Source: Elusimicrobiota bacterium
GTDB taxonomy: Bacteria; Elusimicrobiota; Elusimicrobia; Elusimicrobiales; UBA9959
Direction of reading: 5' to 3'
Length of the DNA stretch: 64,000 bases
NCBI GenBank assembly: GCA_036574205.1
Contig: JAINCQ010000012.1
Span: 7,125 to 71,124, forward strand
Both the position numbers and the translations under genes were made by a program. The notes beneath the pieces were generated by a model, which saw only the letters and a list, made by a program, of their open reading frames with translations, did not search any database and was not told the DNA's origin. Each line of letters starts with the position of its first letter. Position 1 is the first letter of the stretch. This document shows positions 39,246-50,146 of this stretch, one piece after another.

Positions 39246-40556
39246 ATGGAAATGAAAACAGCACTAATAATTCCAACATATAATGAAAAAGATAATATAG
39301 AAAAACTTATAAATGAAATAATAAAGGTTAATTCAGAATTACAAATAGTAGTTGTTGACGATAACTCGCCTGACGGCACTTCAAATATAGTTTTAGATAT
39401 TTCAGCTAAAAACAAAAACATTCATCTCATCAAAAGAGAAAAAAAATTAGGTCTTGGGACTGCTCATATAGCAGGTTTTCTATATGCTGAAAAAGACTTA
39501 AAAACAGATTATGTAATTACAATGGACTCGGATTTTTCTCACAATCCTTCAATCATTCCGGAAATAATAAGAACGTTAAAAGAAAATGATGTTGTTGTGG
39601 GTTCAAGATATACAGAAGGCGGAGAAGTTATTGACTCCCCTTTTGTAAGAAGACTAATTTCCAAAACAGCAAATTTTCTTACAACATATCTTTTAGGATT
39701 AAAAGTAAAAGATGCCACAAGTGGATTCAGGGGATACAAGATAGAGGCTTTAAAGAAAATAGATTATAACAACATTTTTTCAGACGGATATTCATTTTTG
39801 GTTGAACTTGTATATAGACTATCTATTTTAAACGATGTTAAAATTAAAGAAATACCGATAAGATTTGTTGACAGGAAGGCTGGAAAATCAAAAATATCGA
39901 AAAAAGAAATATTTAAAGCAATAAAAACTATATTTACTTTGTTTTTTATAAAAATATTTTCTAAAGACAATGCTATTGAACTTTTAGATAAAAAATTTAC
40001 AAATCTAAGTATTATTAATTATATAAGGCTGAGATTCCATATTTCAAGATACAAAAAAGTAGCATCAATGCTAAAAAAAGGAAATATATTGGATCTTGGG
40101 TGCGGAAGACCAGCAGAATTTATGAAGGATCAATCTTTTTTAATATTTTTAAAAAATGAAAATGCAGTTGGGCTTGACCTAAAAAACATAGAAAAACCTA
40201 AATATAACTTTATACAAACAGAAATTCCACCAATACCTTTTGAAAATGAAAAATTTGACAATATTGTAATGATGGAACTCATAGAACATATAGAAGACAT
40301 AAACTCAACTTTGTTAGAAGCAAAACGAATTATTAAAGAAGATGGGGTTCTTATTATTGCTACCCCTGATAATAATTATATATGGGATTTTATTTGGGAT
40401 AAATGGTCCAGAACATTTGGAAAAATCTGGAAGCATCAACATATATCAAATTTTAATAAAAGCGAATGGGAAAAAATAATATTGAAACATTTCAGAATAA
40501 ATAAAATCCAAAGAAACTGGTTTTTTGATTTAATATTTCAATGTTCAAAAAAATAA
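39246..40556 (+). CDS. Polyprenol-phosphate glycosyltransferase (DPM1-like GT2) fused to a class I SAM methyltransferase
   Basis: IPTYNE, VDDNSPDGT, MDSDFSH, GSRY, DATSGFR, F.DR..GKSK; then ILDLGCG, ELIEH, G.LII.TP. Confidence 0.88.
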   Translation: MEMKTALIIPTYNEKDNIEKLINEIIKVNSELQIVVVDDNSPDGTSNIVLDISAKNKNIHLIKREKKLGLGTAHIAGFLYAEKDLKTDYVITMDSDFSHNPSIIPEIIRTLKENDVVVGSRYTEGGEVIDSPFVRRLISKTANFLTTYLLGLKVKDATSGFRGYKIEALKKIDYNNIFSDGYSFLVELVYRLSILNDVKIKEIPIRFVDRKAGKSKISKKEIFKAIKTIFTLFFIKIFSKDNAIELLDKKFTNLSIINYIRLRFHISRYKKVASMLKKGNILDLGCGRPAEFMKDQSFLIFLKNENAVGLDLKNIEKPKYNFIQTEIPPIPFENEKFDNIVMMELIEHIEDINSTLLEAKRIIKEDGVLIIATPDNNYIWDFIWDKWSRTFGKIWKHQHISNFNKSEWEKIILKHFRINKIQRNWFFDLIFQCSKK

Positions 40557-41959
40557 ATAAAAAATTTTACTATCATTTAATTTCTATCTCAGTGATTTCT
40601 ATATTTTTAAGAATTATATTGTTATTATATGTAGGACCAAGGATAGAAAATGATACGCCGCTTTATTTAGCACAAATCTATAATATCTACGATGGAAAAT
40701 GTTTTTCTATTACCGATTATGTTGATAATAAATTAAAACCAACAGCATACAGAATGCCATTATTTCAAACTATTAGTGCATATTCTGCAAAAATATTAAA
40801 TATAAAAAAAGAAAAAATACCATTACTGGTGGCAATACTTAATATACTATTTTCCACAGGTATAGCTTTAATAGGAGTTTTAATTGCCCTCATAATAACT
40901 AAAAATCAAGAAATAGCTATTTTAACAGGATATTTATCATCTATAAACCCAAATTTAATATATAATTCAGTCCTTGTCTTAACAGACACAACTTTTAGTT
41001 TTATAATAGCAGTCTTCATTTTTGTAAGTGTAATTTCTTTGGAAAATAATTCTAAAAGATATTTATGTCTATCAGGAATTATTCTTGGACTCTCAGTTTT
41101 AACAAGACCTATAACAAAATTCTATTTTCTTTTCCATATTTTTTTGCTATTTTTTATTCTAAAAGATAGTTACAAAAATAAAATAAAAAAAATTATAATT
41201 TTTTCCTTATCCTGCTTAATTATTGTTTCTCCATGGATATTTAGAAATTATTATAGACTTAATTTTTTAGGGCTTGAAACAAATCAGGGATTAAATACCT
41301 TATGGTCAACAGCAAGATTAATAAAAATAAAAGCGGAAGAAGACAAAAAAGACAAAATTATCTATGAAATGAAAAAAATTATAATTGAAACGATGAAAAC
41401 CGAATCATGGCCTATGAAAGCAGAAATTGAGGCAAGAAAAAAATTAAATTTATCAGAAGTGGAAGCTTGTAAATATCTTCAGAAAATAGGAGTAGATACT
41501 ATTATTTCTTCACCATTTGACTTTATAAAAATATTTTTAAGAAATATAGCAAATAATATTACCTCCGCAACTGCAGAGCTAAAGATTATTGACTTTTTGA
41601 TAGGTAATAATTATTATGAAAAACAACATAAGATAATGACAAATTTTGAAAATATAGAAAACAGGAATGTAGAAAAGAAAATCAAACCTGAAGATTTTAT
41701 AATAATTGCACCAAATCTTATATTTAGGATAATTCATCTTTTAATATTTTGTGTTTCTTTAATCGCTTTATGTTTTTTATTTAAAGAAAATAAAAATTCA
41801 GCTATTTTTTTATTTTCATTTATATCCTATCTTATATTACTAACTTCCGCTGTTGCAAGCTACGACAGATATCGTCTTCCATACGAAGTTATATTAAATT
41901 TTTTATTTTCATACATGATTATAAAATTACTTAAAAAGGAAAACGCAAAAAATGGATAG
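40541..41959 (+). CDS. GT-C (ArnT/PMT-like) integral membrane glycosyltransferase
   Basis: ~10 TM; D...Y in first loop, R.PLF, LTDT, LTRP, PW..RNY, RYRLP. Confidence 0.78.
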   Translation: MFKKINKKFYYHLISISVISIFLRIILLLYVGPRIENDTPLYLAQIYNIYDGKCFSITDYVDNKLKPTAYRMPLFQTISAYSAKILNIKKEKIPLLVAILNILFSTGIALIGVLIALIITKNQEIAILTGYLSSINPNLIYNSVLVLTDTTFSFIIAVFIFVSVISLENNSKRYLCLSGIILGLSVLTRPITKFYFLFHIFLLFFILKDSYKNKIKKIIIFSLSCLIIVSPWIFRNYYRLNFLGLETNQGLNTLWSTARLIKIKAEEDKKDKIIYEMKKIIIETMKTESWPMKAEIEARKKLNLSEVEACKYLQKIGVDTIISSPFDFIKIFLRNIANNITSATAELKIIDFLIGNNYYEKQHKIMTNFENIENRNVEKKIKPEDFIIIAPNLIFRIIHLLIFCVSLIALCFLFKENKNSAIFLFSFISYLILLTSAVASYDRYRLPYEVILNFLFSYMIIKLLKKENAKNG

Positions 41960-43337
41960 AAAAGTCTTTATAATAAACATAGCGGCTATGTTACTATTTT
42001 CTCTTTGCATAAGGATATATGTTTTTCAAACCAATGGAATGATATATTTTGGTGATAGCATAGAATATTTAGAAGTAATTAGGAATATTTCAGAGGAAAA
42101 AGGATTTTCTCAAATTGATATTGTAACAAATAAGATATTACCGTATGCCAACAAACCTCCATTATTCTTTTATACTGTAGCATTAACCAAATATATTACA
42201 ACTAACTTTGAAAATGGAATTTTCATCTTAAACATTATTTCTTCCATTTTAATTATATTACTTTCAATAAAATTTTCTCTTATTCTTTCATCAAATAAAG
42301 TTATTTCTTTAATGGTTGGATGGATGATGACACTTAATCCAAATTTAATTTTTAATTCTTTTTTATTAATGCCTGATACATACTATAGTTTAGTAATAAT
42401 TATATTTACGTTCATAGGCTTATATACTTTAAAAGAAAAAAAATCTCACTTATTTTTAGTTTTAGGAATGTTTTTAGGAATAACTGTATTGACAAGATCT
42501 CTTCTTAAATTTTTTTGGATTTTTATAAGTTTATTTATTCTATTCTATATAAAAAAAGAAATAAAACAAAAACTAAAATATATATTTCTTTTTATTTTCG
42601 GTTATGCTATTATAGTTTTGCCATATCAATTTAGAAACTTTACAAAACTTGGAGTTTTTTCCCCTCTTGAACTTCATCAGGGAATAGCCTCCATCTGGCC
42701 AGTTATGCCTCTAATTAAGGTAACAGATTATTCATCACTTTTTAAAAAATATCCACGAACCCAACAGATAATAAATTTCATTAAAGATAAAGATTATGAA
42801 ATACCACCAGAAAAAGACTTAAGACTTAAATTCAAACTTTCACAATCAGAGATGGCTAAATACCTTACTTTAATAGCTATTCATACTGCAATTAAACATC
42901 CAATAAAATATTTTAAGATATATATAAAAAGCATTTTAAATACTATAACCTCATCAAGCTCATATCTTATGTTGATTGATATTTTCAACCCAGGTTATTT
43001 TGAAAAGCAACATAGTATATTTTTAAATTTCATAAACAATAACTTTAATACAGAAAATTTCAAAAATTTTATTAATTATATATTGCCAAACTTGTTTTTC
43101 AGGCTGTTAAATCTTCTTATTTTTATTACAGCCATAGCTGGGATAATCCTTTATAATCGTATAGGGAAAAAAGATACAAATCTTTATCCAGTAGTTTTGC
43201 TTTTTTACACAATAGTATTTAGCTCTTTTACAGTTGGATATGACAGATATCGCCTGCCAGCGGAGTTTATAATATTATTCTATTCATCCTATTTTATTTA
43301 TGAACGATTTATAAAATATTCTAAAATAAATTTTTAA
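41952..43337 (+). CDS. GT-C (ArnT/PMT-like) glycosyltransferase, paralogue of the upstream gene
   Basis: GDS.EY, KPPLF, NPNL, PDT, LTR, RNF, YDRYRLP shared with 40541..41959. Confidence 0.78.
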   Translation: MDRKVFIINIAAMLLFSLCIRIYVFQTNGMIYFGDSIEYLEVIRNISEEKGFSQIDIVTNKILPYANKPPLFFYTVALTKYITTNFENGIFILNIISSILIILLSIKFSLILSSNKVISLMVGWMMTLNPNLIFNSFLLMPDTYYSLVIIIFTFIGLYTLKEKKSHLFLVLGMFLGITVLTRSLLKFFWIFISLFILFYIKKEIKQKLKYIFLFIFGYAIIVLPYQFRNFTKLGVFSPLELHQGIASIWPVMPLIKVTDYSSLFKKYPRTQQIINFIKDKDYEIPPEKDLRLKFKLSQSEMAKYLTLIAIHTAIKHPIKYFKIYIKSILNTITSSSSYLMLIDIFNPGYFEKQHSIFLNFINNNFNTENFKNFINYILPNLFFRLLNLLIFITAIAGIILYNRIGKKDTNLYPVVLLFYTIVFSSFTVGYDRYRLPAEFIILFYSSYFIYERFIKYSKINF

Positions 43338-44301
43338 TTCTTCCATATCTAAACCAATCTCTTAAAACTTCAAAGATCTTTTTAGGTAAAAAGACATAAG
43401 CGAAAACTGCCCAAATAAGTCCACTTAAAAAAAAATACCTAAAATTAAAATATTCTTTTATCTCACTTAAAATTTTTGAAACAGGAACCCCCTCATTTTT
43501 AGCATAGACTGAAAGCGCTATAACATATAATTTTAAAAAAACTTTTTTTCGCCACTTCTCAATCTCAGCTTTTTTTTCAGGCATTAATTCTATTCCATAA
43601 TGAAAAACTGAATCTATCATTTTTTTCAAGTTATCAAGATATTTATCATATCCACTTAACACCGTCTCATTAAACTTATGTATTCTCCATACATAAACAG
43701 GTTCATTGATGAATGCCACCTTACCTTTTAAAAAAAGCCTTAAGTGCGATTCCAGATCATCACTCATTATATTTAATCTATAGGAATTTATATCAATCGC
43801 AATTTTTCTGTTATATAGGACTGCTCCATGAGAGTAAACTATATCTGGAAACTTAAAAAACACTTCTATTCCAGTCATAATTTTCTCTTCTGGCAACCTT
43901 AAAAAAAGTTTTCCTTCCTCATCTTTAAAATAACCACCTAAAACTGCAACTATATTATTGTTTTTTTTAATTACCTCAATAGCTTTGCTTAAAAAATTAC
44001 TTTTAAAAAAGTAATCATCTCCATCAAGCATAATAACCCAATCACCTTGAGCAAGTTCGTATAATAATCTTCTGTAAGTGCCATTTCGTCCAATGTTTTT
44101 CTCATTCCTGAAAACCTTTAGTTTTGAGTATTTTTGTTGCAATTCTTTTGCAATAAAGTAAGTTTTATCAGTTGAGCAATCATCTAAGACTACTATTTCA
44201 ATATTTTCATATTCTATTTCAATTGCCGAAATAATTGCTTTAGATATATATTTTTCCTGATTATAGGCTGGTATCATTATGGAAATAGTTGGCAATTTCA
44301 T
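43321..44301 (-). CDS. GT2 glycosyltransferase
   Basis: IPAYNQ, DDCSTD, LDGDD. Confidence 0.9.
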   Translation of the reverse strand: MKLPTISIMIPAYNQEKYISKAIISAIEIEYENIEIVVLDDCSTDKTYFIAKELQQKYSKLKVFRNEKNIGRNGTYRRLLYELAQGDWVIMLDGDDYFFKSNFLSKAIEVIKKNNNIVAVLGGYFKDEEGKLFLRLPEEKIMTGIEVFFKFPDIVYSHGAVLYNRKIAIDINSYRLNIMSDDLESHLRLFLKGKVAFINEPVYVWRIHKFNETVLSGYDKYLDNLKKMIDSVFHYGIELMPEKKAEIEKWRKKVFLKLYVIALSVYAKNEGVPVSKILSEIKEYFNFRYFFLSGLIWAVFAYVFLPKKIFEVLRDWFRYGRIKNLF

Positions 44302-45075
44302 TTATCTTCCCAGAATTATTTTTTTAAAAGTTCTATATAAAGGGAATAAAAATAATTTTATAACTGTGTTAGTTATTCCAATATTTCCAAATACTAAGTC
44401 AACACCCGTTTTTTGATAAATATGTTTTTTTAGCTTATTATTTGAAACTCCCCTTGTATTATATATTGAAATAGGATAGTTTGCTTTAACCCATTTCTTA
44501 TCTTTTATCATCATAAAAAATATATAATCAGAAATCATTAGCCCCTGTTTTACGAGATAATATCCTACTTCATCATGTAAACTTTTTTTATATATAACGG
44601 ACTGATGAATAACATTATTTTTTATTATGTCACATTTATAAAGGTAATTCCCATTTATTATAGTATCTGAGTATATAACATCAGCATTGAGGTGAAGTTT
44701 ATCCTCAATAAATATTTTTTTTAAAACATTTTTATCAACAAACATATCTCCGGCATTCATAAAAATAAGCCAGCTTCCCTTTGAAACTTTAATAGCCTTA
44801 TTCATAGCATCATATATCCCATTATCTTTCTCGCTTACCCAATAAGTGATTTTATCTTCATATTTTTTAATAATATCCACCGTACCATCCGTAGATCCAC
44901 CATCTATGACTATGTATTCTATATGAGGATAAGTTTGAGAGATAACGCTTTCAATAGTTTTTTGTAAAAAATCCTTTCCATTAAATACAACAGTAACAAC
45001 ACTAATCATTGGAAGGTTAGTTATATTTTTATCCTCTAAAAATTTATCTTTTTTTGTTTCTGTATAATTACTCAT
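44302..45075 (-). CDS. GT2 glycosyltransferase (WcaE-like, possible fucosyltransferase)
   Basis: IDGGSTDGT, SEKDNGIYDAMNK, FMNAGD, HQS. Confidence 0.9.
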   Translation of the reverse strand: MSNYTETKKDKFLEDKNITNLPMISVVTVVFNGKDFLQKTIESVISQTYPHIEYIVIDGGSTDGTVDIIKKYEDKITYWVSEKDNGIYDAMNKAIKVSKGSWLIFMNAGDMFVDKNVLKKIFIEDKLHLNADVIYSDTIINGNYLYKCDIIKNNVIHQSVIYKKSLHDEVGYYLVKQGLMISDYIFFMMIKDKKWVKANYPISIYNTRGVSNNKLKKHIYQKTGVDLVFGNIGITNTVIKLFLFPLYRTFKKIILGR

Positions 45076-46319
45076 TTCGCCTCGTTCAAAATTTCTTTAT
45101 AAAGTTCTATATATTTTTTCACAATTATTTTACTATTAAATTCGTTAACTATTTTATCCCTCGCTTTCCTGGAAATCTCTTCATAATTCTGTGAGTTTAA
45201 AACCCATTCTATCCCATTTTTCAAGTCAGTTGTATCAAAAGGGACTGCCAGATATCCATTTTCTTTATGATCTATCATATCCCTATTTCCACCAACATCA
45301 AAAGCAACTACAGGAGTTCCACAAGCAAGGCTTTCCATAATAGTATTAGATAAATTTTCTTGTAAGCTTGGAACTACTACTACATCACAAGCACTATAAA
45401 TTGTTCTTAAACTTACATTATCACTTAACCGTCCTAAACAATGAGTCTTAATTCCAAATCCTAAATTACCTTTTAAAGTTTCATTACCAAAGATAACGAC
45501 TTCTACCTTCTCTTTGTCTGGCAACTTATATAAAGCTTCTATAAGTTCTTTAAATCCTTTTCTCGGATCAGTGGTTGCAGACATAGCCCCAAATAGAAGA
45601 ATACTTTTATTTTCTGGTAAATTCCATAACTCTCTAGATCTTTTTTTATCAAATGGTTTAAACAAATTAGTATCAATTGGATTATGAATAACAATATGTT
45701 TTCTTCCACTAAAAAGATAACTTTTTTCTGCCAGAGTTCTCAACCAGTTACTAAGACTTACTATGTAAAGATTATTTTTCTGAGAAAATACTTTTTCTTT
45801 CCTTAACCACACTCTTCTACTTAAATCTTTTTCTATGTTACTACCTAAAACCTTACATTTACCACATTTTTCATTATATCTTTCACATCCCTCATTATAA
45901 TGACAACCTCCTGTAAAAGGCCACATATCATGTAAACTCCATACAATTGGCTGATTTATTTTTAATATATCTTCTATACGTAACATTCCATCACATATCC
46001 AATGCAAATGAACTATATCAGGTTTTATTTGGTTTATTTTTTTTAAGATACTATTAAATGGAAACCATGAAGGACTAAAAAGGGTTTTTGTCCTATTTTT
46101 ATATTTTTTAACAGGGAACTGATCAAAAAAATATCTTGCTCTGGCAATTACTTTATCAAGGTTAGTAAGTGGTCCCATAACAGTAGAATCATCAGAATAC
46201 TTATTTTGAACTAACATTAAACTATCAGCCCCTTCTTCAATCAAAGATCTATGCAATCTATATGCTGCTATTGCTGCTCCACCATAAACATCTGAAGCAT
46301 TTAAAATAAGAATTTTCAT
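45072..46319 (-). CDS. GT4 glycosyltransferase (WcaC-like)
   Basis: GGAAIAA.RLH, WSLHDMWPFTGGCH, C..C, RKG, PSLQENL.NT.MES.ACGTPVV. Confidence 0.9.
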   Translation of the reverse strand: MKILILNASDVYGGAAIAAYRLHRSLIEEGADSLMLVQNKYSDDSTVMGPLTNLDKVIARARYFFDQFPVKKYKNRTKTLFSPSWFPFNSILKKINQIKPDIVHLHWICDGMLRIEDILKINQPIVWSLHDMWPFTGGCHYNEGCERYNEKCGKCKVLGSNIEKDLSRRVWLRKEKVFSQKNNLYIVSLSNWLRTLAEKSYLFSGRKHIVIHNPIDTNLFKPFDKKRSRELWNLPENKSILLFGAMSATTDPRKGFKELIEALYKLPDKEKVEVVIFGNETLKGNLGFGIKTHCLGRLSDNVSLRTIYSACDVVVVPSLQENLSNTIMESLACGTPVVAFDVGGNRDMIDHKENGYLAVPFDTTDLKNGIEWVLNSQNYEEISRKARDKIVNEFNSKIIVKKYIELYKEILNEAK

Positions 46320-47116
46320 TTTCGCCCTTCTATATATAACGAACTACAACCTTTATATGGAAATCCATTTGTATCTGAGTCAAGAAAATAAGAATTAAAA
46401 TTTTGAATCTGGCTTTGATTATAAGCCATTCTCTTGATATCTAAGTATCCACACTCAGTTAATATTTTGGAGAGAGAATAGGTATCATACATCCAGCAGT
46501 GTTTTTCACCTATTGAGGTATTTACAAAAATCAAATCTCTAATATCAGATGGTATCAAATATTTAATCAACTTCAAATACAAATATAATATTTTATTCTT
46601 GACTTTATCAAAGGAAAAATTCATTAAGTCCTTTTTAAAATTGTTTTCTAATAGCCTTTCTCCAACTCTATCCTGTATATACCTGGCTAATACAAGATTT
46701 TTCTCCTTTTTCACATTATTATAAATATCAATCATTTCACCACCAGGCTTATTTCGCACCATCTGGTCAAGGAGTTCAAGAATTATCCATTCATACCTTT
46801 CTTTATAATCTTCATTATTAATATTTTCTAATATTTTTAAATACTCTCTCGCTATATTTTCCAAATCAGGTACTACAACTCTTAAAATACCACCAGGTTT
46901 TAAAACTCTATAAATTTCTTTTAATACAAAAACTGCTTTATTTTTTGGCAAATGCTCCAGAAAATGGCTTGTGTAAACTGCATCAAAGGTATTTGATTCA
47001 AAATCTAACCCTTTTAAAATATTAACTCTAATCACAGATGAAGAATTACTATGAAAATCTATATTTATCCAATCTTTGTGAAATCTATCTCCACAAGCAA
47101 GATTAAGAAGTCTCAT
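46316..47116 (-). CDS. Class I SAM-dependent methyltransferase
   Basis: LLNLACG, W.NID, SHFLEH, RVLKPGG.LRVVVPD; ATG 47116. Confidence 0.88.
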   Translation of the reverse strand: MRLLNLACGDRFHKDWINIDFHSNSSSVIRVNILKGLDFESNTFDAVYTSHFLEHLPKNKAVFVLKEIYRVLKPGGILRVVVPDLENIAREYLKILENINNEDYKERYEWIILELLDQMVRNKPGGEMIDIYNNVKKEKNLVLARYIQDRVGERLLENNFKKDLMNFSFDKVKNKILYLYLKLIKYLIPSDIRDLIFVNTSIGEKHCWMYDTYSLSKILTECGYLDIKRMAYNQSQIQNFNSYFLDSDTNGFPYKGCSSLYIEGRK

Positions 47117-47120
47117 AATT

Positions 47121-48026
47121 TTATCCTTTCTTATATACAGCAACAATCGTATGACCCTTAGGAAGCATCTCCTTAACTAAACCCTTAGCTAAAACCTTTG
47201 CCACAAGAGAAGCCAATTTAGTTACAATACTTCTTTTAAAGTTTATATCTAACAATTTTGGGGTTAAAATTGAATTGGTTACAAGAGTCTGTAAGTAAAG
47301 ATTTTTATGTATAGCTTGAAGATTTTCATGATATATATCTTTAAGTTCTAAGTTAAAATTACTGGCAATACTCTTTAAAGAGTGAACACTCCATCTAGTT
47401 ATATGATGAGGTGGAAGATTCATAATTTCATTGGTGGAAAATTTTAAAAATGAATCTTCAGAAGGCACACTAATTATTAGTAGACCATTTTGTTTAAGTG
47501 TTTTCAATGCTGATTCTAAAAAAGACCTTGGATTAAAAACATGCTCTAAAACTTGAAAACAAACAACAATATTAAAATTTTCCACGTTCTTTTTAGAAAA
47601 TTCTTCAATTGATTCTTCCCTTATATCAATCCCTTTTTCTCTTCCGGTGTTAATTGCTTTTTTATTTAATTCAATACCTATATATTTCTTGGGTCTAATA
47701 TATTGTATAAAAGCTCCTCTTCCACAACCAATCTCAAGTACTGTATCTTGAAGATTTACATATTTTGCTGAGTATCTATATTCTTCTTTATCATCCATAT
47801 AATACCATTCAAACCTTTGTAAGGAATTATAAAACTCTTCATCACCTCCAACCACCGGATAATAAAATCTAAGTCTGCAATCCATACATTCATATAAAAT
47901 TATATCGTCTGAGATAAGATATGATAAATCTTTTTTTATTAGTTTAAACCAAAGTCTTATAAGATCTTTGCGATCAATAAAATCAACTTTTATTATTTTT
48001 TTAGAATGACATAAGATACAATTCAT
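47121..48026 (-). CDS. Class I SAM methyltransferase with N-terminal CxxC/CxxC
   Basis: CILC...CMDC; VLEIGCG.G, FQVLEHV, PPHH. Confidence 0.88.
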   Translation of the reverse strand: MNCILCHSKKIIKVDFIDRKDLIRLWFKLIKKDLSYLISDDIILYECMDCRLRFYYPVVGGDEEFYNSLQRFEWYYMDDKEEYRYSAKYVNLQDTVLEIGCGRGAFIQYIRPKKYIGIELNKKAINTGREKGIDIREESIEEFSKKNVENFNIVVCFQVLEHVFNPRSFLESALKTLKQNGLLIISVPSEDSFLKFSTNEIMNLPPHHITRWSVHSLKSIASNFNLELKDIYHENLQAIHKNLYLQTLVTNSILTPKLLDINFKRSIVTKLASLVAKVLAKGLVKEMLPKGHTIVAVYKKG

Positions 48027-48928
48027 AAAAATTTTCTTATTTTATTTATAACCCTTTTTATAACACATTCTGAAGCAAAAACATACTTAAAAGTAAATTT
48101 ATCCGCCTCAAAATCTCTTTCAAGTTTTTGAGGATGTTTTTGTACCACAAGTTCTTTAATGGGTAAATTTGAATACCACTTCTCTAACTGCGTATGTGTC
48201 CCTCCAAAATTAAATCCTATATTTGAAACCATATTAACATTAGGTAACACACAGAGCCATTTATTAAACCAAAATGTAAATGTCCATTGATAATCCCAAG
48301 TATCTATTTCCATTCTTTTCATCCTCCAGAAAATTTTCCTCCAATACCTTAATTCTGTGCCTTTATGAAGTTTTTCAAGAAAATTATCATCATTTATATT
48401 TTTTAGCTCAAAGTCATATTTTTCCCATCTATTTCTCCAGGTAGCCCACCCCCATATATGATTGTAAATGGAAAAATAATAATCCCCTTCACCCCTCCAA
48501 TTACCTTTTTGAAAATTACAACCACTAATCTGCCCAACTCTCATATCATTTCTATATCTCTTTAAAAGATCTTCACAAAATCTAAAAAAACTCAAACTCG
48601 GAAATGTATCATCCTCAAGTATAATCCCCTCTTCCTCATTTTCAAAAAACCAGGTAATAGCGCTACTTACAGCTTTTCCACATCCCAAATTCTTTTCTCT
48701 AAAAAGTGTCTTTACTTCGCATTTCCAATCAATGTTATTTAAAACAAATTCCCTTACTTCTCTTACTTCTTTTACCTCATCTAAAATATTTTCTCTTGGA
48801 CCATCTGCTGCAATATACAATCTCGGTGGCTTGACCTTTTTTATTTGCCAAAAAACCTTTTTAGTAGTAGTGATTCTGTTAAAAACTAAAAAGAGCACCG
48901 GAATACTAATATTACTATAAGATTCCAT
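48023..48928 (-). CDS. Nucleotide-diphospho-sugar transferase (HlpA-like GT-A)
   Basis: PVLFLVFNR, DGPR, NLGCG, ILEDD, WGWATW, WDYQW, NIGF; ATG 48928. Confidence 0.85.
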   Translation of the reverse strand: MESYSNISIPVLFLVFNRITTTKKVFWQIKKVKPPRLYIAADGPRENILDEVKEVREVREFVLNNIDWKCEVKTLFREKNLGCGKAVSSAITWFFENEEEGIILEDDTFPSLSFFRFCEDLLKRYRNDMRVGQISGCNFQKGNWRGEGDYYFSIYNHIWGWATWRNRWEKYDFELKNINDDNFLEKLHKGTELRYWRKIFWRMKRMEIDTWDYQWTFTFWFNKWLCVLPNVNMVSNIGFNFGGTHTQLEKWYSNLPIKELVVQKHPQKLERDFEADKFTFKYVFASECVIKRVINKIRKFL

Positions 48929-48929
48929 T

Positions 48930-49307
48930 CTATTTAACTCTCCATATGTCAATTTTATTTTTCGTTATTCTATGAGATAAAACATTCAACCACTTTGCAT
49001 TTTTTTTAACATAAAAAATATGATTTATATATTTGTCTATTAAAAAAACATCACCTTTTTTAAATCTATATTTTTCAATCTTTCCAGACAATTTGCCATT
49101 TTTCAAAACCTTTTCCACCACAACATCTATTTCTCCTTCAAGAATTATAAAAATTTCTCTTATACGTCTATGATAATGATTCCCCCTTACACTGCCTTTT
49201 TTTGATGTTATAATATTAATCTCCTCCCATCTACCCTTATTTATTAATCCACTAAATTTCCCCCTTTTATCGCTAAATTCAAAATAACTTTTTAATATTC
49301 TTATCAT
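48930..49307 (-). CDS. Cupin, putative NDP-sugar isomerase/epimerase (WxcM/FdtA-like)
   Basis: D.RG, RGNHYH...E.F..L.G, H; ATGA-coupled at 49307. Confidence 0.75.
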   Translation of the reverse strand: MIRILKSYFEFSDKRGKFSGLINKGRWEEINIITSKKGSVRGNHYHRRIREIFIILEGEIDVVVEKVLKNGKLSGKIEKYRFKKGDVFLIDKYINHIFYVKKNAKWLNVLSHRITKNKIDIWRVK

Positions 49308-50146
49308 ACCATCTCCTTCCTCAACCATTCTTCAAGGGGAAAGATCCATTTATCCTTACAAAAATCAGACTGAATAAGAGAATAATCAAAGAATGTCTTG
49401 TTTTCAACCGGGATAATATCTGCTATGCTTGATTTGACCATAGTCTTTAACAGTAAGCCAAACTCATATCTAGAAATTCTTCTATCACCACATGCATGAA
49501 TTATGCCATATCTTTTCTCTTCAACAACCTTTAAAACAATTTCATTAAAAAAATTTAAAGGCGTTGGAGTAAAAAAGTTATTAGTGTAAAGCTCAATCTT
49601 TTCATTATTTTTTATCTTATCTAAAAGCCATCCCCAAAATACCCCATCTCTCCCCATAACAGCAGATGTTCTCAATATCGTAAATTTATCTACTTTAAAA
49701 TCAAATAATATATTCTCTGCCATAAATTTAGAAACTCCATAGAATGTTGTTGGACAAGGCAAATCGGTATCTTTATAAAATCCTCTTTTACCATCGAAAA
49801 CATAGTCAGTAGATATATATATTATATGAGAATTAAAACCAAGTTTTTTATAAATTTTTAACAAGTTCTCCATAGGATAAAAATTTATTTTTTTCGCAAA
49901 TTCAAAATTTTTTTCACATCCAGAAACATCCTTAAACCCTGCAGCCCAGATTATAAAATCTGGTGAAATTTCTATTAATAACCTTTCAATTTCTTCAGGG
50001 CTGGTAATATCAAGATACAACATTTTATTATCCTTCTTTTGACTATAATACGTTCCAAATATTTCATAATTCAATCTACTCTTTAAAAAATTAAACAAAG
50101 CATTACCTATAAAACCCGAGGCCCCAACAATTAAAATTTTCATCAC
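49304..50146 (-). CDS. RmlD-like NDP-sugar reductase (SDR)
   Basis: GASGFIG, ISTDYVFDG, YGVSK, LRT. Confidence 0.88.
   Translation of the reverse strand: MMKILIVGASGFIGNALFNFLKSRLNYEIFGTYYSQKKDNKMLYLDITSPEEIERLLIEISPDFIIWAAGFKDVSGCEKNFEFAKKINFYPMENLLKIYKKLGFNSHIIYISTDYVFDGKRGFYKDTDLPCPTTFYGVSKFMAENILFDFKVDKFTILRTSAVMGRDGVFWGWLLDKIKNNEKIELYTNNFFTPTPLNFFNEIVLKVVEEKRYGIIHACGDRRISRYEFGLLLKTMVKSSIADIIPVENKTFFDYSLIQSDFCKDKWIFPLEEWLRKEMV

Noticed and set aside
48023-48928. Haemolysin, from the HlpA-like label
   Set aside because: Motifs and context indicate a GT-A glycosyltransferase
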